Positions 5,060 through 14,508 of a stretch of DNA of 36,031 bases are shown one piece after another. A model generated the notes under the pieces. The model was not told the DNA's origin. It ran no database searches and saw only the letters and a program-made list of their open reading frames with translations. Source of the stretch: a virus; IMG/VR virus record IMGVR_UViG_3300029893_000039, positions 1-36,031 of that record, one strand, 5' to 3'. Each line of letters begins with the position of its first letter. Within the stretch, counting starts at the first letter, position 1. A program made the translations under genes and the position numbers.

Positions 5060-7039
5060 ATGGCGCGGGAAGCGAGTCCCATCACACAACTGATACGCGA
5101 GCTGGAATCGGATTGGGCATTTACGCTCGACTTCCTGTTCTCGCATCGTCACCCGCAAGCGAGTCCTCCGTTCCATCGGCAGATCATCGATGCGTGGTTC
5201 TCAGATCACCCCGCCGTGCTGGTCGAAGTGTTCCGGGGAGGGGCGAAGTCCACCCGTGCTGAGGAAGCCATCTGTGTTGCCGCACTGTTCCAGTTGGCGC
5301 GCTATATCCTGATCGTCGGCAACACCTACAGCAGCGCGTGTGAGCGGCTTGCGTCCATTCGGCTTGAACTCGAAAACAACGAAAAGATCAACGGGATATT
5401 CCGTTACACCAAGGGCGCAACGTGGACGGAGAACCTGATCCAGTTGAGTAATGGGGTCATCATCCAGGCGTTCGGGGCGAACCAGTCTGTTCGGGGTACA
5501 AAGAACCCGGCGAATAACGCGCGGCCTGATCTGGTGCTGATTGACGACTTTGAAGATCGTGACAGCGTGGCGACGCCGGAGGCCAGGAGAAAGGTGAGCC
5601 AGTGGTTCACGCGGGAGCTTAAACCGGCGCTAGACCCATCGGCGCGCATCCGTGTGAACGGGACGCCTCTGCACGCGGACAGCGTTATCGAGCAGTTCAA
5701 GCAAGACCCGACGTGGCAGGTGTTGTCGTTCCCGCTCTACACGGTAGATGGCGACACCAAAGTGCCCATGTGGAACGAGAGGTTCCCGTTGGCATGGATT
5801 GAGGCCAAGCACGACGAGTTCAAGGCAAACGGCGACCTCGCAGGGTTCAGCCAGGAATATCTCTTGAAGCCCATGAGCGACGCGGCGAGCGTCTTCGCGC
5901 GTTCGGACTTTCAGGTCATCGACCCGGCGTTTTCACGTGTGGACTTCGCGCCACGCATTCTCGTGGTTGACCCGGCACGGACGACAAACCAGCGCACGAG
6001 CGCCCGCACGGGATACGCGGTGGGCTCATGGGTGGGCAACGAGCTGTACGTGCATGAGGCGACAGGACACTTCCACTCGCCGTTCGAGCAGGTCGCGCAC
6101 ATCTTCCACCTTGCGCAGATTTACCAACCCATGACCGTCGCAGTCGAGGAAGACGGCTTGAACCAGTGGCTGTTGCAGCCATTGAGGGCGGAGATGAGCT
6201 GCCGTGGCGACATCATTCCGCTACAGCCTGTGCGCGCCCCACGCGACAAGGATAACTTCATCAAGGGTCTGCAACCGTTCTTCCAAGCCAAGGAAGTGCG
6301 GTTCATGAAGCCGATGCCCGACCTGGAGGCAGAACTGCTGGCATTCCCCTTAGGGCGCAAGGACGTGGCTAACGCGCTGGCCTACCTGCTACGTCTGCGT
6401 CCCGGGATGCCGGTATATGCCAACTTCAAGGCAGAGCATATCCAGCACAGGGCGCCCTCGCAGCGGGCGGACTGGTTTCTGTTCATCAACGCCACGGCGG
6501 GTATGCTGCAAGCCGTTCTTGCATTCGCGCAGGACGGGGCGGTACATGTGGCGAGAGATTGGGTGCTCGAAGGGTCTCTGGACGACTCCTTGCGCGCAGT
6601 ATTCCTGTCAGCAAGCCATGAGATGCCCAGCGGCAAGCGCCCGGTGCTGTTCGTCCCGGCGGACAGGGTGCTACAGAACGACGGGTCGGGTCTGCCGACG
6701 ACGCTCAAGCGTATGGCCGTCGAGTTCCGTCAGGGCAAGAGAACGGTGGAGGCACAGGAATGCCTTGACACGCCCATGCGCATGAAGCGGGGGGTAACGC
6801 CTCTGCTGACGGTAAGCCCGGAGGCGACATGGACGCTCAACGCGCTGGCGGGAGGCTATTGCCGTGACCCAGGGACGACGTCATTCTCCATACGCGACAC
6901 AATCCACAAGCATGTGGCGCAGGCGCTGGAATCGGGGTATGCTGCCATCAGTAACTTCGCGCTGGACAACGAGGACGCGCAGGATGTGGTGTGGGCGAGA
7001 AGTGACACAGGGCGCAGGTTCATATCCATGCGGAGGTAA
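5060..7039 (+). CDS. terL: Terminase large subunit (659 aa)
   Basis: RBS is GAGGA. The sequence contains a Walker A-like FRGGAKST and a Walker B-like PDLVLIDDFED. It sits immediately before the portal gene. The C-terminal 200 aa or so lie beyond the usual nuclease domain and are unassigned. Confidence 0.85.
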   Translation: MAREASPITQLIRELESDWAFTLDFLFSHRHPQASPPFHRQIIDAWFSDHPAVLVEVFRGGAKSTRAEEAICVAALFQLARYILIVGNTYSSACERLASIRLELENNEKINGIFRYTKGATWTENLIQLSNGVIIQAFGANQSVRGTKNPANNARPDLVLIDDFEDRDSVATPEARRKVSQWFTRELKPALDPSARIRVNGTPLHADSVIEQFKQDPTWQVLSFPLYTVDGDTKVPMWNERFPLAWIEAKHDEFKANGDLAGFSQEYLLKPMSDAASVFARSDFQVIDPAFSRVDFAPRILVVDPARTTNQRTSARTGYAVGSWVGNELYVHEATGHFHSPFEQVAHIFHLAQIYQPMTVAVEEDGLNQWLLQPLRAEMSCRGDIIPLQPVRAPRDKDNFIKGLQPFFQAKEVRFMKPMPDLEAELLAFPLGRKDVANALAYLLRLRPGMPVYANFKAEHIQHRAPSQRADWFLFINATAGMLQAVLAFAQDGAVHVARDWVLEGSLDDSLRAVFLSASHEMPSGKRPVLFVPADRVLQNDGSGLPTTLKRMAVEFRQGKRTVEAQECLDTPMRMKRGVTPLLTVSPEATWTLNALAGGYCRDPGTTSFSIRDTIHKHVAQALESGYAAISNFALDNEDAQDVVWARSDTGRRFISMRR

Positions 7040-7040
7040 G

Positions 7041-7130
7041 ATGGAACCGGTCTGGATTTTCGGTGGTGTTGTCGTAAGTGTGCTCAGGGTTATCATGGCG
7101 GCATTTCTACTTCTGATCGCCCCACTGTGA
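7041..7130 (+). CDS. 29-aa hydrophobic micro-ORF between terL and portal
   Basis: GGAGG lies 4 nt upstream of the ATG. It reads MEPVWIFGGVVVSVLRVIMAAFLLLIAPL*. Its TGA overlaps the GTG at 7127 as GTGA. Confidence 0.35.
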   Translation: MEPVWIFGGVVVSVLRVIMAAFLLLIAPL

Positions 7131-9232
7131 CTATGGACGAGGACAAGACCATCGACGAGGAGCCCGAATACGTCGGCAAGCGTGACGTGCTGGAGCAGGC
7201 GCAAGAGGTTTACCGCGATGTGGTGGACGGCTTCCTCGCCCGCGCGGATCGCGACCGCGACATTGCCAAGTTTTGGGAAATCTACGACTGCAAGCTCAGC
7301 GATGAGCAGGCTTACGCCGGGAAGTCCAAGATTTTTGTTCCTGCGGTGCGCGATGCCATCGAGGCGCGCACCCTACGGTTCAGCAATGCGCTATTCCCCA
7401 GTAGTGGGCGGTATGTCGAGTGCATTTCATCGACGGACGACACGGCACGCGCGCTCAAGGCGCTACAGAACCACTATGTGCGCGCGGCGCGGCTGCGTGA
7501 GATTGTCACCAGCATGCTGCGTGCAGGCGACGTGACGGGGCAATACAGCTTGTACGTGGACTGGCAGACACGCGCACGCAAGATTATTGAGCGTCAGAGC
7601 GTGCCTGTGACACTGCCCACGGGCGAGACGGTGCCGGGCACCACCATCGAGATCGAGAAAGAAGTTGAGATCGAGACGGGGCTACCTGACATTTGGGTGC
7701 TGGCGGATCAAGACCTTGTGGTGCTGCCCGCAACGGTGGATACCATTGACGATGCAGATGTGGTGGCCGTCGCTTTGCGTGTGACGAAAACGTGGCTACG
7801 CGAGCGCAAGGATCAGTTTCAGCCCAAGCAATACAAGAAGGCGATGGCTCTGCTATCGAACAACGGGGCTGACAAGAAGGACAACCCCAACCACCCCGAG
7901 GATGCCAAGCGCGCGGCCAAGGAAGCAGGCGTGCGCAGCGACAAGGGCACAAAGCACTTGCTGCTCTACCAGGTGTGGTGCTCACTCAAGATCGACGGGG
8001 AGCACACACCGGCGTACTTCCTCGCGTTCGGCCCTGATGACTTCTTGACCATCAAGAAAAACCCATTTTGGGGGCAGCGGCCCCCAGTCATCTCCGCGCC
8101 GGTCAAGAAAGTACCGGGAAGCTTTTGGGGTGTGAGCCCCATTAAGTCGGTCGCGCAGCTACAGTATCAGGTTAACGACGCGATCAACATGGGTATGGAC
8201 GCGGCGCAGTACGCCCTTGCGCCTATCGTGATGACAAACCCGGAGAAGAACCCGCGTGTGGGCTCTATGGTGCTGGAGATGGCCGCTGTATGGCAGACCA
8301 GCCCGCAGGACACGCAGATTCTGGAGTTCCCCAAGCTGTGGCAGGATGCGCTGACCCTCGTGGGCGCGGCAAAGGCACAGATTCAGGAATCGTTTGGCCT
8401 TAACCCGGCAATGATGCCCATGGGCGGTGCGCCCGCGCGCAAGCCGACGCAGGCACAGGTCGCCATGGAACAGCAGATCACGCTGGAAGCCATCAGCGAC
8501 AGTGTTCGGGTGCTGGAATCGTTCGTGCTAACGCCGACCGTGGAGCGCATATTCGAGTACGACCAGCAGTTCCGAGACAAAGAAACGACCATTGAGCATT
8601 TTGGTGAGCTGGGATACGAGGCCGAGATGGAGCGTGTTCCGCCTGTGCAGTGGGGTACGCGGTATCGGTTCGTCTGGAACGGTGTACAGCGCATGCAGAA
8701 CGCGCAGAACGTGCAGCAGATGATCGCTGCGATGAACGTGTTACGCGGTATCCCACCGCAGCAGTTGGGTGGCCGCGTGCTGGACATCGGCCCCATCCTT
8801 GACCAAATGGTAGACACCGTGTTTGGGCCTCGCCTTGGAAGTCAGATTCTTAAAAGCGCGCGGGACAGCATGAGCATCGACCCGCAGATTGAGAACGAAA
8901 TGCTCTCACAGAACATGCCAGCGGCCCTATCACCGTTGGACAACGACGCCGAGCATATTCAGGTGCACCATGCTGGGGCTATGCAGACTGGCGACCCACA
9001 TCATCAGTTTGCCGCGCACATCATGGCGCACCAGCAGCAGATGCAGCGCAAGGCGCAAGCAGCCGCGCCGCAAGGCGCGCCGGGCATCCCCGGCGGGGCA
9101 GGTCCTGGCGTTCCAGGCACGCCAAGACCTGGCGGTCAGGCCGTTGGCCCGCGTGGTGTCGCACAGCAACCGGCGGGTGCCGTTCATCCGGACCAGATGC
9201 ACGCGCCGGGTGTGATGCCTAGAAAGCTCTGA
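7127..9232 (+). CDS. Portal protein (about 700 aa) with a Pro/Gly/Ala/Gln-rich C-terminal tail
   Basis: Assigned from size and position after terL. The start is either GTG 7127 (GTGA coupling) or ATG 7133, and neither has an SD. The C-terminus reads QAAAPQGAPGIPGGAGPGVPGTPRPGGQAVGPRG... Confidence 0.8.
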   Translation: MTMDEDKTIDEEPEYVGKRDVLEQAQEVYRDVVDGFLARADRDRDIAKFWEIYDCKLSDEQAYAGKSKIFVPAVRDAIEARTLRFSNALFPSSGRYVECISSTDDTARALKALQNHYVRAARLREIVTSMLRAGDVTGQYSLYVDWQTRARKIIERQSVPVTLPTGETVPGTTIEIEKEVEIETGLPDIWVLADQDLVVLPATVDTIDDADVVAVALRVTKTWLRERKDQFQPKQYKKAMALLSNNGADKKDNPNHPEDAKRAAKEAGVRSDKGTKHLLLYQVWCSLKIDGEHTPAYFLAFGPDDFLTIKKNPFWGQRPPVISAPVKKVPGSFWGVSPIKSVAQLQYQVNDAINMGMDAAQYALAPIVMTNPEKNPRVGSMVLEMAAVWQTSPQDTQILEFPKLWQDALTLVGAAKAQIQESFGLNPAMMPMGGAPARKPTQAQVAMEQQITLEAISDSVRVLESFVLTPTVERIFEYDQQFRDKETTIEHFGELGYEAEMERVPPVQWGTRYRFVWNGVQRMQNAQNVQQMIAAMNVLRGIPPQQLGGRVLDIGPILDQMVDTVFGPRLGSQILKSARDSMSIDPQIENEMLSQNMPAALSPLDNDAEHIQVHHAGAMQTGDPHHQFAAHIMAHQQQMQRKAQAAAPQGAPGIPGGAGPGVPGTPRPGGQAVGPRGVAQQPAGAVHPDQMHAPGVMPRKL

Positions 9233-9241
9233 CGAATCTGA

Positions 9242-9269
9242 TTGACATTTTCAGTACCTGCGCTATATT
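9242..9269 (+). promoter_or_regulatory. Near-consensus sigma70 promoter (TTGACA-N16-TATATT) upstream of scaffold and capsid genes
   Basis: Reads aTTGACAttttcagtacctgcgcTATATTg in the 106-nt portal-scaffold gap. Confidence 0.55.
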
Positions 9270-9338
9270 GCGCGAAACTCGAGCGACTCCCGTAAGGAGT
9301 TATTCGACTTGTGGCCGTAAGCACACTCAGAGGACAGT

Positions 9339-10100
9339 ATGGAACCCGATGATCTGGAACAACTAGGGACGGAATATGAGCAAACCGACGAAACCCAAGG
9401 CATTACCGAAGGCGACGGCGATGGCGAAATTTCCGAAGGCCTTGATGAAAGCGCCGAAGATGGCAGCGAAGCCAATGGTGAAGGTGATGAAACCGATGCC
9501 ATTGCCCAAGCAGCCGCGCAGTCGCAAGTAAACGGCAAATCCCGAGCACAAGAAAGAATTCGACGCCAGCAAGAGGAATTGCAACGCGAGCGCCAAGCGC
9601 GTGAGTCGGCAGAGCGTGAACGCCAGCAGTTGATGTACCAGCTTGAGCAGCAACGCCAAGCAGTTGACCAGCAACGGCAACAGCAGTATCTCGACACGCT
9701 CGACCCGGCAGACCGCCAAGCATTCATGCTCCAGCAGCAAATAGAGCAGATGCGCCGCGAGATGCAGCAATCGCAGTTTGCTCAGGCTGACCTGATGGAC
9801 AAGACGCAATTTCAAACGCGCGCGCTAAGTAACCCCATGGTGGCTAAATATGCTGACCGTGTAGAGGACACACTAGCTACCATGCGGGCGAAAGGGCAGA
9901 CAGCTCCGCGAGAATCCATTCTCAAGTTTCTGATTGGCGAGGAAGTACTGAACAAAGCCCCCGCAGCTGTCCAAAAGGCAACGCGAGCCGCTTCTTCACG
10001 ATCTGCATCCAAGCCTTTGAGAGCACGCGGTAACGCGAGTTCTCAAGCAGGTGAAAACGATGCCGACCTGGAAGATCGGTTATCAAAAATCTCCTTCTAG
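9339..10100 (+). CDS. Scaffolding protein (253 aa)
   Basis: RBS is GAGGA. It has an acidic N-terminus (EGDGDGEISEGLDESAEDGSEANGEGDE) and a Q/E/R-rich coiled-coil core. It sits between the portal and capsid genes. Confidence 0.7.
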   Translation: MEPDDLEQLGTEYEQTDETQGITEGDGDGEISEGLDESAEDGSEANGEGDETDAIAQAAAQSQVNGKSRAQERIRRQQEELQRERQARESAERERQQLMYQLEQQRQAVDQQRQQQYLDTLDPADRQAFMLQQQIEQMRREMQQSQFAQADLMDKTQFQTRALSNPMVAKYADRVEDTLATMRAKGQTAPRESILKFLIGEEVLNKAPAAVQKATRAASSRSASKPLRARGNASSQAGENDADLEDRLSKISF

Positions 10101-10110
10101 TGAGTAAATC

Positions 10111-11448
10111 ATGGCTACCAATAACGCCTCCAACTTTGCTTCAGACATTGGCAAGTTCATTCAGAAAAAGACTCTGGAACTGACCCAACGTCAAATCGTC
10201 GTTTCGCAGATCGCGGAACGTGTTGACCTCCCGCGCGGCATGGGTACTTCCTATTACGCGTTCCGTTATGAGCGTGTCCCCCTTCCGTACACGACGCTGG
10301 CCGAAGGCGTTCCTTCGTCCGGCGAAACGATGACCATCACGCAGGTGACTGGCACCGTTGCGCAGTGGGGCGACCTGATCCGCATCACGGATGTGGCGGA
10401 AATGACGATCTACCACCCCGTGTTCAAGAAGGCCATCGAACTTGTTGGCTACCAAGCCACGGAAACCATCGAGCGAAATACCTTCAATGCGATCATGGGT
10501 GGCACGCAGGTCAACTATGTTGGCTCCGTGGGCGCTCGCGCTTCGCTGACTTCTAGCTCCGTCCTGACACCGCACGAACTCAACCGTGCGGCGGGAACCC
10601 TGTTCACCAACGGCGCCCGGTACTACGAGTCTGGCGGCGGCGCAGACATGAAGATGAAGGCTGCGAGTGGCGCGAGAGGCGTTACCCCCGCTGCCGCGCC
10701 GCACTATGTAGCCGTCATCCACCCGTTGGTCGAGCAGGATTTGCGCGAGAACAGCGCCGTGGTCGTTGCATGGCAATATAGCGACATTGGCAAGCTGTAT
10801 AACGCCGAGATCGGTCAGTGGTCGGGTATTCGCTTCACCCGTTCGAACATGGTTCCATCGTGGACTGGCATGGCTGCGGTTAACGGAACCGCTGGGACTG
10901 CTGGCTCGCTGGCAACGGCGACGTATTATGTTCAGGTCACTGCGGCTGATGCGAATACCCAATACGAGACTCGGGTGTACCAAGTTTCGGCGGGGATCAG
11001 CGTCACTGGCCCGAACGGCTCGATCAGCGTTACGGTGCCGTCTACTACTGGCTACACGTACAACGTGTACGTCGGCACGACCACCAGCCCTGCGAACCTC
11101 GGTCTGTCTGCCTCTGGCCCGACGACTGGGCCGCTGTCTGGCAATTCGACCCAGCTAGCTCCCGGAACGACTGCTGTCATCACTGGTATTGGCGTCTCGC
11201 AGACCCCGCCTGCGGCTCCCGCTACCGGAGTGACCGTGTACCCCACGTTCATCTTCGGCAAGGAATCGTTCGCACAGGTCGATCTGTCCTCACTGGAGAC
11301 GTTCTACCTGACTGGCGCAGATAAGTTCGACCCTCAAAACCAGACCCGTGTGGTTTCGTGGAAGGTTTTCTACGGCACGATGATCATGAACAATCAGTTC
11401 TTCATGCGCATCGAATCGTCGTCGGCCTTCTCCCCGACCTTCGGTTAA
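10111..11448 (+). CDS. Major capsid protein (445 aa), N4-gp56-like, with a T/G/S/V-rich insertion
   Basis: It follows the scaffold gene. The N-terminal pattern ...LPRGMGTSYYAFRYERVPLPYTTLAEGVPSSG...WGDLIRITDVAE... resembles N4-type capsid proteins, a family assigned from memory. A strong hairpin follows the gene. Confidence 0.75.
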   Translation: MATNNASNFASDIGKFIQKKTLELTQRQIVVSQIAERVDLPRGMGTSYYAFRYERVPLPYTTLAEGVPSSGETMTITQVTGTVAQWGDLIRITDVAEMTIYHPVFKKAIELVGYQATETIERNTFNAIMGGTQVNYVGSVGARASLTSSSVLTPHELNRAAGTLFTNGARYYESGGGADMKMKAASGARGVTPAAAPHYVAVIHPLVEQDLRENSAVVVAWQYSDIGKLYNAEIGQWSGIRFTRSNMVPSWTGMAAVNGTAGTAGSLATATYYVQVTAADANTQYETRVYQVSAGISVTGPNGSISVTVPSTTGYTYNVYVGTTTSPANLGLSASGPTTGPLSGNSTQLAPGTTAVITGIGVSQTPPAAPATGVTVYPTFIFGKESFAQVDLSSLETFYLTGADKFDPQNQTRVVSWKVFYGTMIMNNQFFMRIESSSAFSPTFG

Positions 11449-11457
11449 GGTAAACTT

Positions 11458-11483
11458 GTGACAGGGGAGAAATCCCCTGTCAC
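11458..11483 (+). terminator. 11-bp perfect stem with a GAAA tetraloop after the capsid gene (no U-tract)
   Basis: Reads gtgacagggga-gaaa-tcccctgtcac. It could be an attenuator or an RNA-stability element. Confidence 0.5.
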
Positions 11484-11498
11484 TCACCAGGAAACCCC

Positions 11499-11837
11499 AT
11501 GAGCGATCAAGACCTTGAGATTGCGCAGGCTGTTGCGGCGACGCGCCGCGCCAAGCGGCCCGGCGAGGATGAGCCCGGCCCGGAAGTCGCGCCTGCCAAG
11601 CCCGAAATTGAATACGAGTCGGTAAAAATCGACTTGCCACCCCACGCCCCTGATGTCCGCATCGACGGGCGTGTGTTCCAGCACGGCCTGACCTACAAGG
11701 TCACGGCTGTGCAGGCTGCGAGTATGCGAGAGATCATGTTCCGCGCATGGTCGCATGAAGAAGAAGTTCGTGGGCAACGCACCGGCTTTGCCCCGAAGTC
11801 CCGTAACCAAGCTATCAGTGGGAGGCCGTACCGATGA
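11499..11837 (+). CDS. Hypothetical virion-module protein (112 aa)
   Basis: Track ORF, placed between the capsid and adaptor genes. Confidence 0.6.
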   Translation: MSDQDLEIAQAVAATRRAKRPGEDEPGPEVAPAKPEIEYESVKIDLPPHAPDVRIDGRVFQHGLTYKVTAVQAASMREIMFRAWSHEEEVRGQRTGFAPKSRNQAISGRPYR

Positions 11838-12211
11838 GTGAAGATAAGAAAGTTGGGTATGTTGCTCAGTTCAGCGCGACTTTGTCGCAGGACGGGATCA
11901 GCATCACATTCAACTTCAACATGCCCGAAGATGCGTCCAAAGTAGACTTCTCGGAAAAAATTGACATGCTACGAGACGTTGTTGCCCGCCAGCGGGCTAA
12001 ATCCGAAGTGCCCATGCTGGAAGCCATGATCGCGGAAAAAGAAGCTGTGTTGCGCAATCAGGAACTGGACTTGAACCAGTACCTCAAACGTGAAACTGCT
12101 TCGGTCAATGACGAGACTTCGGAGCGCATTAAAGCCCGGATCGATGAGATGACCGACGACATTGCGCGCGGCAAACGGCAACTGGAGGCCACGCGCCTAA
12201 AGAGTATCTGA
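11834..12211 (+). CDS. Hypothetical coiled-coil protein (125 aa)
   Basis: Track ORF with an ATGA overlap to the upstream gene. Confidence 0.6.
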   Translation: MSEDKKVGYVAQFSATLSQDGISITFNFNMPEDASKVDFSEKIDMLRDVVARQRAKSEVPMLEAMIAEKEAVLRNQELDLNQYLKRETASVNDETSERIKARIDEMTDDIARGKRQLEATRLKSI

Positions 12212-12212
12212 C

Positions 12213-12887
12213 ATGCTCACTGCCCAACAACTCGTCACCTACGCACTGCAAATTGCCAAAGCACCAGGCTACACGACGCAAGCCGGTGACTTGTTGAATG
12301 GGCGGCTCGCTTCACTTGCGCGCCGGTTTGACTTCGACGTGTTACTCAAGACGACGCAATTTTCACTAGCGGCTGGCATTCAGCAATACGACTTGCCAAG
12401 TGACTATATCCGCGCACATGAACTCTGGTACTACATCGGCGGCTTGCCACAGACCATGCGCCAGCTCAGCCTGCCGGATTACGACCGCGCCAATCTTGGT
12501 TCGGTGGCGATGGCATACCCGACGATGTACGCGAGCGACCCAAGCACTACGCCGATTACGCTATACCTTTACCCAATGCCTAACGCGCAAATTCAATACA
12601 CGCTGCGGTATTGGAGCCAGCCACCAGACATTCCCACGCCTGCAACAAGCAGCAGCGTGCCGTGGTTTCCAGATAGTGACTATCTACTGACCGCGCTTTC
12701 GGCAGATGTTATGCGTCTGACCGACGACACCCGGCAAATCCAGTACGCGGCGGAAGCTGAGAACAAGTTGCAGGCGTTCCTCAAGATGCAAGGCGACCGC
12801 GAGAATCACGCGCAAGTGGTGAGCCTCGGAAACTCGTTCCGTGGTGGCGCAGGCCGTCTGCCGCCGTCCAAGATCACAGGCTTCTGA
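12213..12887 (+). CDS. Head-to-tail adaptor / tail tubular A-like structural protein (224 aa)
   Basis: Track ORF. The assignment rests only on position and size. Confidence 0.45.
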   Translation: MLTAQQLVTYALQIAKAPGYTTQAGDLLNGRLASLARRFDFDVLLKTTQFSLAAGIQQYDLPSDYIRAHELWYYIGGLPQTMRQLSLPDYDRANLGSVAMAYPTMYASDPSTTPITLYLYPMPNAQIQYTLRYWSQPPDIPTPATSSSVPWFPDSDYLLTALSADVMRLTDDTRQIQYAAEAENKLQAFLKMQGDRENHAQVVSLGNSFRGGAGRLPPSKITGF

Positions 12888-12888
12888 C

Positions 12889-14508
12889 ATGCTGCGCAAC
12901 CCAGCGGTCTACCAATGGCGCCCGGTAGGGCTGTCGGATGCGCGCGACGGCAAGATGGCGTTCCCCGGTGCGTGCAAGCTACTGACAAACCTGATCCACG
13001 ACCCTGTCAGCAACAACATGCTGGCTCCGCGTCCTGCAAGCACGAGTCTTACGACATTCAGCACATTCACGAGTCCCGGTGTGGTGTCGGTTGCGATCAC
13101 GGTGGGTACGCGCATTTTCGGCATGATCGCAAGTGGCCTGAACGCCGGGTTCGACCAGCCATTCTGCTATGACACGGCCACCAGCGCGTTTGTGTCGATC
13201 AGCGGCGTCACGAGTAGCAATGTGCCGACGACGCCGGGAACAAGCGGTGCCTGGACGCCCGCGTGCATGGCTGTGGTAGGCAACTACATTGTCATCACGC
13301 ACCCAGGCTACACACTCACAAGCGGCCCCGTGGGGACGATCAATCTCACGACGCTTGCCTATGCCACGGGCAACATGATGAACGGCACGACGAGCGTTTT
13401 TGGCTCAGTACCAACGTCGGTTGCGCAGTTCTATGGCCGCGCGTGGTACGCGGTGGGCAACGATGCGTATTTCAGCAATGCCCTCGCGCCGCTGACGCAA
13501 ACTGACGCCGGGCAGTTCTTGACGCTCGGCGCTTCTACTGAACCAATTACAGTGTTTGTGCCGCAGGGCATTTCAACTGCGACGCAGGGCATCTTGTCGG
13601 CACTCATCGCGTTCAAGGCGAACTCGATCTGGCAGATCACGGGCGACTGGAATTACGGCGGCTCAACTACGGGCGGCAATCTCGCGTTGAACCAGATTAC
13701 GGCCAGCATCGGATGCTCCGCGCCGCGTACTGCGGTTCCGACACCGGTCGGGATCATGTTCATGGCAGTCGATGGAATTCGCACGATTCCGACGTTGAGT
13801 ATGGCCGTGAGCGAACCACATCCCGATGTGGTGTATCCATTCTTCAATTGCACGCAGCCCACGCGGGCTTGCGCAGCTTACAGCGCCGACACCTATCGCA
13901 TCTCACTCGATACGGTGACAACGACGGACATGCTCGGGCGGTTTGAATACTGGCTTCCGCTGAAAGTCGGCAAGTGGAGTGGTCCGCACAGTTTCCCGGC
14001 TGATGTGATCGCTCCATTTGGTAACTCGTTCATCGTCGCCGTCAATAGCGTCGGTGCGCAACTGTTTCAAAGTAATGCGTATACGACCGCGAGCGATACG
14101 TTCACCGAAAACGGTACGGCATTGACGGTCAACATGACGACGAGCCTCATCAACCCCGATCCTCCGATGGCGGAGAAGGCGGCGATTGAGATGACGGTCT
14201 CGGCGGTGTTCGGCACGCAACCTTACACGATTCAGGTGATCGATAGCCAAGGCAACCTCATCGACCAAGCAATATTAACGCCGGTTAGCGTCCCGACAAC
14301 GTGGGGCGGTTCAGGTGTCGTATGGGGCGCGCCTGGCCTTGTCTGGGGCGCGGCGCCGTACAATGTCTCGATTTCTGCGCTGGCGTTTTCGGCGCCGCTT
14401 GTGTTCAAGACGTGTCAGATTGTACTTACGGGGAGTAGCGGGTTTTATTTTCGGCCGGGGCGCGTTGATTTCCGCTACGAGGCGCTTCAATACACTGGGA
14501 CAGGCTAA
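12889..14508 (+). CDS. Tail tube / nozzle-like structural protein (539 aa)
   Basis: Track ORF 12841.. trimmed to ATG 12889, which lies 1 nt after the upstream stop. The function is positional only. Confidence 0.5.
   Translation: MLRNPAVYQWRPVGLSDARDGKMAFPGACKLLTNLIHDPVSNNMLAPRPASTSLTTFSTFTSPGVVSVAITVGTRIFGMIASGLNAGFDQPFCYDTATSAFVSISGVTSSNVPTTPGTSGAWTPACMAVVGNYIVITHPGYTLTSGPVGTINLTTLAYATGNMMNGTTSVFGSVPTSVAQFYGRAWYAVGNDAYFSNALAPLTQTDAGQFLTLGASTEPITVFVPQGISTATQGILSALIAFKANSIWQITGDWNYGGSTTGGNLALNQITASIGCSAPRTAVPTPVGIMFMAVDGIRTIPTLSMAVSEPHPDVVYPFFNCTQPTRACAAYSADTYRISLDTVTTTDMLGRFEYWLPLKVGKWSGPHSFPADVIAPFGNSFIVAVNSVGAQLFQSNAYTTASDTFTENGTALTVNMTTSLINPDPPMAEKAAIEMTVSAVFGTQPYTIQVIDSQGNLIDQAILTPVSVPTTWGGSGVVWGAPGLVWGAAPYNVSISALAFSAPLVFKTCQIVLTGSSGFYFRPGRVDFRYEALQYTGTG

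Noticed and set aside
10141-10983. Long antisense ORFs. Examples are 10141..10983(-) 280 aa, 27670..28716(+) 348 aa, 15972..16703(-) 243 aa, 20241..20915(-) 224 aa, 17345..17923(-) 192 aa and 22189..22701(-).
   Set aside because: Each lies opposite a well-supported gene. All are Arg/Ala/Gly/Ser/Pro-rich with no RBS and no recognisable motifs. These are typical shadow ORFs of GC-rich coding DNA.
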